DNA from: Cyclobacteriaceae bacterium
GTDB taxonomy: Bacteria; Bacteroidota; Bacteroidia; Cytophagales; Cyclobacteriaceae
Reading direction: 5' to 3'
Assembly: GCA_039970095.1 (NCBI GenBank)
Contig: JBDVMP010000018.1
Span: forward strand, 3,492-67,491
Length of the DNA stretch: 64,000 nucleotides
The notes below the pieces were generated by a model. It saw nothing but the letters and a program-made list of their open reading frames with translations, searched no databases and had not been told where the DNA came from. Every line of letters begins with the position of its first letter. Positions within the stretch are counted from its first letter, which is position 1. This document shows positions 1-7,678 of the stretch, piece by piece. The position numbers and the translations under genes are program-made.

Positions 1-2
1 TT

Positions 3-173
3 CCGAGAACTTACATTCCCAGCTTTGCATGGGGTGGAGCATCTGGTTTTACTACATACAAGATCAACAAAGCCATGGAATCTGCTGACCGCATGATGCA
101 GCGGAGAAATTTGTCACTTTCACGTGAAGATAAAGCCATCCTTAACCATATCTTTGAGCACTTTTCTTCTTAG
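3..173 (+). CDS. 3' end of a putative sugar nucleotidyltransferase (Bacteroidota GlmU-family protein), 5'-truncated by the window
   Basis: Manual translation of frame 3 gives PRTYIPSFAWGGASGFTTYKINKAMESADRMMQRRNLSLSREDKAILNHIFEHFSS-stop (TAG 171-173), which resembles the C-terminus of that family as I recall it. Confidence 0.6.
   Translation, partial: PRTYIPSFAWGGASGFTTYKINKAMESADRMMQRRNLSLSREDKAILNHIFEHFSS
149..156 (+). promoter_or_regulatory. Possible Bacteroidota housekeeping-sigma -7 box (TATCTTTG) upstream of holB
   Basis: Exact TAnnTTTG match 44 nt before the holB start; lies inside the upstream CDS; no clear -33 box. Confidence 0.3.
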
Positions 174-199
174 ATAAAACCCGACGCTGATAAACACAT

Positions 200-1333
200 A
201 TGCAGTTTGCAGAAATCCCCGGTCTTGCAGAAATCAAACAGTCATTAATCTCCTCATTTGAGAATAATCACATTGCGCACGCCCAGCTGTTTAGTGGAGT
301 AGAAGGGGGTGGCGCACTGCCCATGGCTTTGGCATTCACCACGTTTTTGTTGTGCCAAAATAAAACGGCAGAAGACTCTTGTGGCACTTGCGTCAATTGT
401 CAAAGGATGAAAAAATTCATTCATCCGGATGTACATTTTTTCTTTCCAAAGTTGAGTTTTTCCAAGCAAACGGATGCGGATAAACATCATGCAGAAACTC
501 AGAAAAACTGGCGGCAGTTTGCTGCAGAAACCCCTTTTGCCGGGCTCAGTACCTGGGTCTCTCTTAATGGTTTTGATAATAAAAACATGATTATCACTAA
601 AGATGAGAGCCGGCGTATCATCAAGACTGTGAGCATGAAATCATTTGAGGGTGATTTTAAGATAATAGTAATCTGGTGTCCGGAATATATGCACCCATCG
701 GCAGCCAATGGTATTTTGAAGGTGCTGGAAGAGCCACCCACGCAGACCATCTACTTGTTGGTGAGCTACGCATACGAAAGCCTTTTGCCGACTATTAAGT
801 CGCGAGTACAATTGTTTTCTGTGCCTCCACTGGCCGATGATGAGGTGCAGCAGTTTCTGATTGACAAGAAGGGGGCGGAAGTAAACAAAGCGAAGCAAAT
901 CAGCCGAATGGCAGGGGGAAGTCTGGGCAAGGCGATGCAAGAATTAGAGAGTGTGGGAGAGGTGGCATATCAGTCTTTCCAAAGTTGGATGCAATTGTGC
1001 CTGAAGGGAGACCTGCAAGCACTGGCCAGTTTGAGCGAGGACTTTTCCAAAAGCTCTAAACCTGACCAGAGGAACACGCTGGAGTTTGGTCTGACACTGG
1101 TGCGTGAATCCATATTGTCTCAATCAGGAGTGGAGTCGTTTATCGTGAGAGAAGGTGATGAGAAAACGTTTATAGTGAAATTTGGGGCGGCCGTTTCACT
1201 GGAATCTTTGGAAGGCGTCTACACAGAGTTGGGCAAGACCCTCGGATATCTTTCGCGCAATGCGAACGCAAAAATCACATTTATGGCATTATCACTGAAG
1301 ATAAGTGAGTTGTTGAGAAAAAAGGTAGCCTGA
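200..1333 (+). CDS. holB: DNA polymerase III subunit delta'
   Basis: HAQLFSGVEGGG degenerate P-loop, CxNxxxxxSCGxCxNC Zn cluster, HPDVHF, AANGILKVLEEPP, LLPTIKSR motifs. Confidence 0.93.
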   Translation: MQFAEIPGLAEIKQSLISSFENNHIAHAQLFSGVEGGGALPMALAFTTFLLCQNKTAEDSCGTCVNCQRMKKFIHPDVHFFFPKLSFSKQTDADKHHAETQKNWRQFAAETPFAGLSTWVSLNGFDNKNMIITKDESRRIIKTVSMKSFEGDFKIIVIWCPEYMHPSAANGILKVLEEPPTQTIYLLVSYAYESLLPTIKSRVQLFSVPPLADDEVQQFLIDKKGAEVNKAKQISRMAGGSLGKAMQELESVGEVAYQSFQSWMQLCLKGDLQALASLSEDFSKSSKPDQRNTLEFGLTLVRESILSQSGVESFIVREGDEKTFIVKFGAAVSLESLEGVYTELGKTLGYLSRNANAKITFMALSLKISELLRKKVA

Positions 1334-2250
1334 TGGAAGCTATAAAAATAGGAACTAGGAAAAGTAAACTGGCCCTTTGGCAGGCGGAGTATGTGTCCGA
1401 AAAACTACAGTCTGGCGGGCTCAAAACAGAACTGGTTCTCATGGAAACCAAAGGAGACAAGGTGCTGGATGTTTCCATTGCCAAGATAGGTAGTAAGGGT
1501 GTTTTCACAGAAGAGCTGGAAACCAAACTCGCAAATGGAGAAATAGATATTGCCGTGCATTCTGCCAAGGATATGCAGTCGAGCCTTGAAGAAGGCTTTG
1601 AGATTATTGCTTTCAGCGAACGAGAGGAGGTCAATGATGTGATTGTTTCTGATGGAGAAATAGATCTTTCAGAGGAAATGGTGTTGGGAACATCTTCCAC
1701 GCGTCGTATTGCCACACTGAAGCACTTTTACCCTCATGTAAAAACCGTGGAAGTAAGAGGAAATCTGCAGACACGTATTGAGAAGATGCGTTCTGGTCTG
1801 TGCGATGGTTTACTTTTGGCGTATGCCGGAGTGCATCGAATGGGATACCACGAAATGATTAAAAATAAGCTGTCACTGGATGAATTCACACCTGCTGTGG
1901 GTCAGGGGAGTGTGGCAATAGAGGCGCATAAAAGCTTGTCGCAAGAGAAGAGAAACAAAATCAGAGCGTGCGTAAACCATGAGGCAACAGAGCATGCCCT
2001 ACTGGCGGAAAGAGCTTTTCTAAAAAAACTTGAGGGCGGATGTAGCATTCCTGTTTTTGCTTTGGCCAAAAATGAAGAATCTAAAATTCACATTACGGGG
2101 GGAATTGTAAGTTTGGACGGTCAGGAGAGAATAGTAAGAAACCTATCCGGGACAGAGCCACGAGAATTGGGAGACAAACTCGCCGATGACTTGCTTGCAG
2201 CAGGAGGAGAGGCCATTTTGAAAGAAATAAAAAGTCAATTGAACAAATAA
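1333..2250 (+). CDS. hemC: Hydroxymethylbilane synthase (porphobilinogen deaminase)
   Basis: IGTRKSKLALWQA, KGVFTEELE, AVHSAKDM, GTSSTRR, RGNLQTRI, EGGCSIP (cofactor Cys). Confidence 0.98.
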   Translation: MEAIKIGTRKSKLALWQAEYVSEKLQSGGLKTELVLMETKGDKVLDVSIAKIGSKGVFTEELETKLANGEIDIAVHSAKDMQSSLEEGFEIIAFSEREEVNDVIVSDGEIDLSEEMVLGTSSTRRIATLKHFYPHVKTVEVRGNLQTRIEKMRSGLCDGLLLAYAGVHRMGYHEMIKNKLSLDEFTPAVGQGSVAIEAHKSLSQEKRNKIRACVNHEATEHALLAERAFLKKLEGGCSIPVFALAKNEESKIHITGGIVSLDGQERIVRNLSGTEPRELGDKLADDLLAAGGEAILKEIKSQLNK

Positions 2251-2257
2251 AAGAACA

Positions 2258-3103
2258 ATGAAAAAGCTTCTAATAGTATTAGCCGTCGTGACAACAATGC
2301 TAACCGCATGTGATGATAATAAAGATGCCGTCGTGACGATTCATACCGAGTATGGAGACATGAAAGCCATTCTTTACAATGAGACGCCACTGCATAAGAA
2401 GAACTTTTTGGAGCTGGCCAAATCTGGCAGATATGACAGTACGATTTGGCACAGGATCATTAAAAACTTCATGATACAGGGAGGTAACGTAAACGCCAAA
2501 GAAGGTACCCGAGAAGCAGAGGAAGACAGAATTCCTGCGGAGATCGTTGGTGGTTTTTACCACACCAAAGGCGCACTTGCCGCTGCTCGGCAGGGAGATC
2601 AGACGAACCCTGAGAAAAAATCTTCCGCTACTCAGTTTTACATTGTACATGGCAAAGTTTGGACGAAGGATGAGCTAACTGTTGATCAAGTAAAATTGAA
2701 TCAGGGAATAAGCAAGATCCTCAGCGATCCTAAGTTTGAAGAACTGACAAAGCAGTTTCAAGAGCTGAGCAAAGCACGGGATTTTGATGCCATGAATGAG
2801 CTGGCTTTAAAAAACAAAGAGTTGGTGGAGCAGGAGCTTGGAATTAATCTGAATAAAGATTTTGATCCGGACAGACTGGAACTGTACACCACAGTGGGAG
2901 GGGCTCCTCACCTTGATTCGGAGTACACTGTTTTTGGCAGAGTCGTGGAAGGACTGGATGTCATTGATAAAATAGCAGCTGTAGAAACTGGCCGCATGGA
3001 CAAGCCCGTCAAAGACACCTACATGACAATGGAGATAGAGCTCATACCAAAGCGAAAGATCACAGAGATGTATGGATATGAATATCCTGAGAAAGAAAAA
3101 TAG
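2258..3103 (+). CDS. Cyclophilin-type peptidyl-prolyl isomerase, lipoprotein
   Basis: Lipobox LTA-C then DDNKD; WHRIIKNFMIQGG, GALAAAR, SATQFYIV, GGAPHLDSEYTVFGRV. Confidence 0.92.
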   Translation: MKKLLIVLAVVTTMLTACDDNKDAVVTIHTEYGDMKAILYNETPLHKKNFLELAKSGRYDSTIWHRIIKNFMIQGGNVNAKEGTREAEEDRIPAEIVGGFYHTKGALAAARQGDQTNPEKKSSATQFYIVHGKVWTKDELTVDQVKLNQGISKILSDPKFEELTKQFQELSKARDFDAMNELALKNKELVEQELGINLNKDFDPDRLELYTTVGGAPHLDSEYTVFGRVVEGLDVIDKIAAVETGRMDKPVKDTYMTMEIELIPKRKITEMYGYEYPEKEK

Positions 3104-4231
3104 TTAGTTTGTCAGTATCATATTTGTAATCAAAAGAACAAAAGCGGTTGCTATGATTACTTTGTGAAAGGTGAGATTGTTGACTTTGGAAGAGATCAGG
3201 GCGAGAATAACGCCAGCCAGGCGCATATAATTTTGATCTCGGCTGGCTTCCTGAAAAAAGTACGAAAAAGCAATTTGTAAGGTGAGAAGCAGTGCGAAGA
3301 GTGCGAATATCAGCTGCTTGTTGGCAAAAAAGTGCTTGTTGTAGCTTTCTGTCTCAGCGTGAGGGAAAAGCAATACACAAATGAGATAGATGATAAATGG
3401 CACAATCAGGAAGATCACAAAATGTAGAATACTTTGAGTGATGAGCCCTGTGCGTTCCCAGGAGCCCCACCAGATCGCAATTAGAAATACGAACGAAAAA
3501 AGCGACCAAAGGAACTGAGTAACAGAGAAGGCGTCTTTCTTTAATCGAAACAGTCCGGCCCATCCCCGAAGAAAAACTGCGATGATATACGCGTAGATTA
3601 CAGAAATGAATATTGTTAAATGTTCGGCTTTGGAATAGGTCTGGCCGATTGGACGTTCGGGGATCAGCCCCTGATAATCCTGGAAGATATAAAGACTGAG
3701 CAGGGCAATTGAAATGAGCTGTATGAATAAATGGACGTTTCGGGGTTTAGCAAAAATACCGGCAAGACAAATACCAATTCCTGCCACCCGAAAAATCAAT
3801 GAATCCCTATGTATGGTTAAAGGCAGGTCATAAATAAAGAAAACCAGTAGCGTAAGAAATACTTTGGTCTTTTGCTCGAAAAACAAGCTGCGCAAATCCA
3901 CTTTGTTTTCTTCGCTGATTTTTCTTCGGATTTTATCGAACAGCAAAACGGCGATGAAGTAGAAAATGGCGGTATAGGGGATCACACTTAGAAACTCCAG
4001 CATACTCTTGGTCATTTTCAGTGCGCGCCCAAAAAGGTTCCACCAGTGGATGAGGAGTACGCTGAAGAGAACCAGAGTGAAAAGTGTAAAAACCAGGTCT
4101 GGTTTGATCCGTTCTCTTAATCGGAGCATTTGACCCCAACCGTCTAGAAACTGGGATGCCACAAAACCAAAGATGATCGACTGGAACGTGATCAAATATT
4201 CTATTTTCGAAAAGCCAAGAACCTCGGACAT
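3104..4231 (-). CDS. Hypothetical multi-pass membrane protein built from two homologous halves
   Basis: 375-aa hydrophobic ORF; halves share motifs (FLDGWGQMLR/FLRGWAGLFR, IHWW/AIWW, IAVLLF/ICVLLFP). Confidence 0.75.
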   Translation of the reverse strand: MSEVLGFSKIEYLITFQSIIFGFVASQFLDGWGQMLRLRERIKPDLVFTLFTLVLFSVLLIHWWNLFGRALKMTKSMLEFLSVIPYTAIFYFIAVLLFDKIRRKISEENKVDLRSLFFEQKTKVFLTLLVFFIYDLPLTIHRDSLIFRVAGIGICLAGIFAKPRNVHLFIQLISIALLSLYIFQDYQGLIPERPIGQTYSKAEHLTIFISVIYAYIIAVFLRGWAGLFRLKKDAFSVTQFLWSLFSFVFLIAIWWGSWERTGLITQSILHFVIFLIVPFIIYLICVLLFPHAETESYNKHFFANKQLIFALFALLLTLQIAFSYFFQEASRDQNYMRLAGVILALISSKVNNLTFHKVIIATAFVLLITNMILTN

Positions 4232-4288
4232 AACAATGCAACTACCGGCATGAATTTACGGATTTAACTACACTAAAAGCAACTACTT

Positions 4289-5197
4289 ATGCCCAAAACG
4301 GACATTTTATTGGTCACAGAAGAACGCTACATCCACCCAAATCCTACGGACGCTTACAAAAAGGAGGTACTCGAAGAGGATCGACTATTGTCAGGCGCTT
4401 TGCTGGAGTTGGGCTTAACCTCTCAACGCGCCAACTGGGCCGACCAGAACGTGGACTGGTCTGCGGCCAATTATATTATCTTCCGATCTACCTGGGACTA
4501 TTTTTATCGATTTGAAGAATTTCAAAAGTGGCTGCAACGCATTGACGGGCAGGTGAAGACTATTAACCCGCTCTCGCAGATCAAATGGAATATGGACAAG
4601 CATTATTTGCAGGATCTGGCAACAAAAGGAGTGCGGATAGTGCCTACCAGGTTTGTAGAAGCGGGTGAAAAAACGACCCTTAGAGCGGCTTTTGAAGAGG
4701 GCTCATATACCAGAGCTATCATTAAACCAGCCGTTTCTGGAACGGCCCGACATACTTACTTGATAGACAATGCAAATATTGAGGCCCATGAAGAAGTGTT
4801 TCAGAAGTTGATAAAAGAGGAGTGTATGTTGATCCAGCCATTCCTGAAAAATATCGCGGAGCAGGGAGAAGTGTCATTTGTGGTTTTTGACGGCAAGTTT
4901 TCTCATGCGGTTCTCAAAAAAGCGAAAGTCGGAGACTTCCGTGTTCAGAGTGATTTTGGAGGTACTGTTGAGGAGTATCAGGCGTCCAAAGAGGAAATTG
5001 AGTTTGCAGAAAATGCCGTGACTGTCTGTGAGGTTCGGCCAATATATGCGCGGGTGGATTTAGCCTGGGATGATCAGGGAAAAATGTCGCTTGTGGAACT
5101 GGAACTCATAGAGCCCGATATGTGGCTAAGACAGCATACAGGAAGTGCCGAACGATATGCAGCAGCTATTCATGCTCATTTGAAGCAAACCTGTTAG
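4289..5197 (+). CDS. ATP-grasp protein (RimK/DcsG-like)
   Basis: FRSTWDY, WNMDKHYL, IIKPAVSG, GDFRVQSDFGG, YARVDL, ELELIEP. Confidence 0.85.
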   Translation: MPKTDILLVTEERYIHPNPTDAYKKEVLEEDRLLSGALLELGLTSQRANWADQNVDWSAANYIIFRSTWDYFYRFEEFQKWLQRIDGQVKTINPLSQIKWNMDKHYLQDLATKGVRIVPTRFVEAGEKTTLRAAFEEGSYTRAIIKPAVSGTARHTYLIDNANIEAHEEVFQKLIKEECMLIQPFLKNIAEQGEVSFVVFDGKFSHAVLKKAKVGDFRVQSDFGGTVEEYQASKEEIEFAENAVTVCEVRPIYARVDLAWDDQGKMSLVELELIEPDMWLRQHTGSAERYAAAIHAHLKQTC

Positions 5198-5327
5198 GTT
5201 GGAGCATAGGTGCTCTTTTGTTCGGGATACAATATCCAAAAGGAGATCATAAAAATCAGACGTTGATCAAGGTTGTGCTTTATCTTTATGGAAATAACCA
5301 TAAAACCTGTTTTCCTGCGTAATTCAT

Positions 5328-5936
5328 ATGCATAGATTTTCGGAAGAGCAAATAGAGATCGTTTCGGAACTGGTTACGGTAGCTTTGAACAAAGCCGTGA
5401 GCTCTATGGAGCAGATGCTGAGGATCAGGATCAAGGCCAACCATATTAAATACAGTCTCGGCCCATTGGAAAACATCCCCGAACTGGATCAGTTGGGGCG
5501 TTTCAAAGCTCATCTGGTCAAGCTTTTGTTTGTTGGAGATATCAGCGGAGCATTTTATTTTATCATTTTGGATCATGAGGTGGATTTGATCAACTCCGTT
5601 TGTCTTCCTGATGAGTTCAAATCAGATAAGCGGGCAGAAAATAAGCTCATGAAACATGGCTTCATGTCTGAGATTGAAAATGTGATTGCAGCACTTTCGG
5701 TAAAGGAGATCTCAGAGGCTCTTGGCGTACAACTAGAGCTGCGTGTACCGAAAATCCAAATTTTACCGGGGGTAGATATCAATGCTTTTTTTGAGAAGGA
5801 AAACAAGATTCACAAAACAGCATTTCATGTCAAATCTGTGCTGGAAGGTCAGGCCGTGAACATTGCGCCGTTTTTCATCTGGATTATGGATGATAAGTTT
5901 TTGGATGTACTCAGGTTGAATACCTCGGGTTCTTGA
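5328..5936 (+). CDS. cheC: CheC-like phosphatase, second paralog, outside the main operon and opposite in strand
   Basis: Similar to 10709-11311; one E-x2-N-x22-P site (SEIENVIAA...LRVP); first site degenerate. Confidence 0.75.
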   Translation: MHRFSEEQIEIVSELVTVALNKAVSSMEQMLRIRIKANHIKYSLGPLENIPELDQLGRFKAHLVKLLFVGDISGAFYFIILDHEVDLINSVCLPDEFKSDKRAENKLMKHGFMSEIENVIAALSVKEISEALGVQLELRVPKIQILPGVDINAFFEKENKIHKTAFHVKSVLEGQAVNIAPFFIWIMDDKFLDVLRLNTSGS

Positions 5937-5948
5937 GTAAAACCCTAT

Positions 5949-6734
5949 CTAAATAGCAAACCCCAAAATCAGGATATCGTCGTACTGCAGAGTGGAGCCT
6001 TGCCAATCTTTGATTTCGGACAAAACGGATTCCTTTTGTTTTACAATGGGCTGGTCTTGAATTTTTGCTAAAATTCTGTGAACACCTTTTGACGACAACT
6101 TTTTCTCATCAAAGCCACCCATTAGGTCTTTAAACCCGTCACTCATAAGGTAAATGTGAGAAGTCACATCCGGCTTTAGTTCTACAGAGGAGGTTTTATA
6201 GTCATGGGGGTATTCGTACATATCGCCCACCTGAAAACGGCTCGCCTTGATCTCCGTTGGCTTATTGTCCTCATATTGAATCAATCCCATTTTGGCCCCA
6301 GAGAACTCAAGCTTTCGTACGTCCAGGTTTACTTTTAGCAACCCCACGTCAGCTGCTGGGCCCATTTGCTTGTTGGACTTTTCTTTGAACTTACTCATGA
6401 GCTGATGGTGCAAATATCTGAGTATAGTGCCAGGGTCAGTAACACCTTCTTCCTTTACTATTTTGTCCAGATACTTTGTATATACGCGGGTCATCATGCT
6501 GGCCAGGTGACCGTGACCCATACAATCGAACAACGAAAGATAAAGATCAGAACCTGCCTGGTGAACCCAAAAGCCATCACCTCCGGCGCTTCCGGTCATG
6601 GGCTTATTGATGATGAAGGCATCTAGCACACTTGCCACAATTTCCTCAGGAAACATAGAGAAGTAGTTTCTCTTTGTCTGGTCCTGATCCGAGGATAGGC
6701 CAAGGTTGAAATATGCGGGTTCCTGATCGATCAT
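5949..6734 (-). CDS. Stand-alone SpoIIE/PP2C (RsbU/SiaA-type) Ser/Thr phosphatase domain
   Basis: GGDGFW, FDCMGHG, LMSDGFKDLMGG, QYDDILILG metal-binding motifs; no sensor domain. Confidence 0.88.
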   Translation of the reverse strand: MIDQEPAYFNLGLSSDQDQTKRNYFSMFPEEIVASVLDAFIINKPMTGSAGGDGFWVHQAGSDLYLSLFDCMGHGHLASMMTRVYTKYLDKIVKEEGVTDPGTILRYLHHQLMSKFKEKSNKQMGPAADVGLLKVNLDVRKLEFSGAKMGLIQYEDNKPTEIKASRFQVGDMYEYPHDYKTSSVELKPDVTSHIYLMSDGFKDLMGGFDEKKLSSKGVHRILAKIQDQPIVKQKESVLSEIKDWQGSTLQYDDILILGFAI

Positions 6735-6742
6735 TGTGAAAG

Positions 6743-7210
6743 CTACTGGAGTCCTATTACCACATATGCTTCATGATTGTTCCACATGATTGGAATGACG
6801 TAGATAGAGACATCATCAGGGATTTTGAGCTGCTCGGGCATGCCCTGAAATACCAAAGGCACGCTTATCATAAAGTTTGCCCCAAGGTTTGCCCGAACGT
6901 TTCCGGCCACAACATTGGAAATTTCACCGGCCATGTCAAGGATGTCCTCATCGGACGGGGTGTCAATACCAATAAATATTTTGATCAAGTCCTCGTACAT
7001 GTCTCTGTTGGCAGAGATATATACGAACCCCTTTCTGTTTCCGGAGATCCCAATCATTCCGGTATAGTCTTTTAGCACCAACCCTTCGGATTCTTTCAGG
7101 TAGGGCACATTCAGCTCAGAGTCAACCTCCGTCAAGTGTCTGAAATAGTTGTTGACTGAATTGATAAACAGGTTACAGGTTGCGTCGAATTCTGCTTTAC
7201 TTGTTTTCAT
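6743..7210 (-). CDS. cheX: CheX phosphatase
   Basis: DYTGMIGISG, DMAGEISNVVAGN (D-x3-E-x2-N), FMISVP. Confidence 0.92.
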   Translation of the reverse strand: MKTSKAEFDATCNLFINSVNNYFRHLTEVDSELNVPYLKESEGLVLKDYTGMIGISGNRKGFVYISANRDMYEDLIKIFIGIDTPSDEDILDMAGEISNVVAGNVRANLGANFMISVPLVFQGMPEQLKIPDDVSIYVIPIMWNNHEAYVVIGLQ

Positions 7211-7273
7211 TAATTCTATAGTTGAAAGGTTTTACTAAGCTATTAAACTTTACCTACTGATGTTGATTTTTTG

Positions 7274-7678
7274 TTATCGTCTTGCACTGTCGCGAATACC
7301 CAAACCCCGATTTGGGCCTGGTCGTTTCAAAAGACGATCAAAGGCTTTAGCCAGATCTTGCGCATTCACGGGTTTGTACAAAAACCCTCTGGCTCCTTTA
7401 TCCAGTGCTTTTAGGCCTGTTAGCTTATCGGAAAGTGCCGTTATGATCATCACTTTCGTTTTAGGGTGTATTTTCATGATTTCATCAAGACAGGCAAGTC
7501 CGTTCATACCGGGCATGGTGATATCGAGGGTAATCACATCTGGCATTTCCGCTCTTACCAACTTGAGCGCTTCATCCCCATCTGCGGCCATCCCTATGAT
7601 TTGAATATCGTATTCATTTAGGTTTTTCTCAATGATGCGTCGCATGATTGAGGAGTCGTCAACTATCAATAGCCTCAT
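7274..7678 (-). CDS. cheY: Stand-alone receiver (CheY-like), coupled to the NIT kinase
   Basis: LIVDDS, ITLDITMP (phospho-Asp), IITA, YKP; ATGA overlap with the kinase stop; 17-aa basic tail. Confidence 0.88.
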   Translation of the reverse strand: MRLLIVDDSSIMRRIIEKNLNEYDIQIIGMAADGDEALKLVRAEMPDVITLDITMPGMNGLACLDEIMKIHPKTKVMIITALSDKLTGLKALDKGARGFLYKPVNAQDLAKAFDRLLKRPGPNRGLGIRDSARR

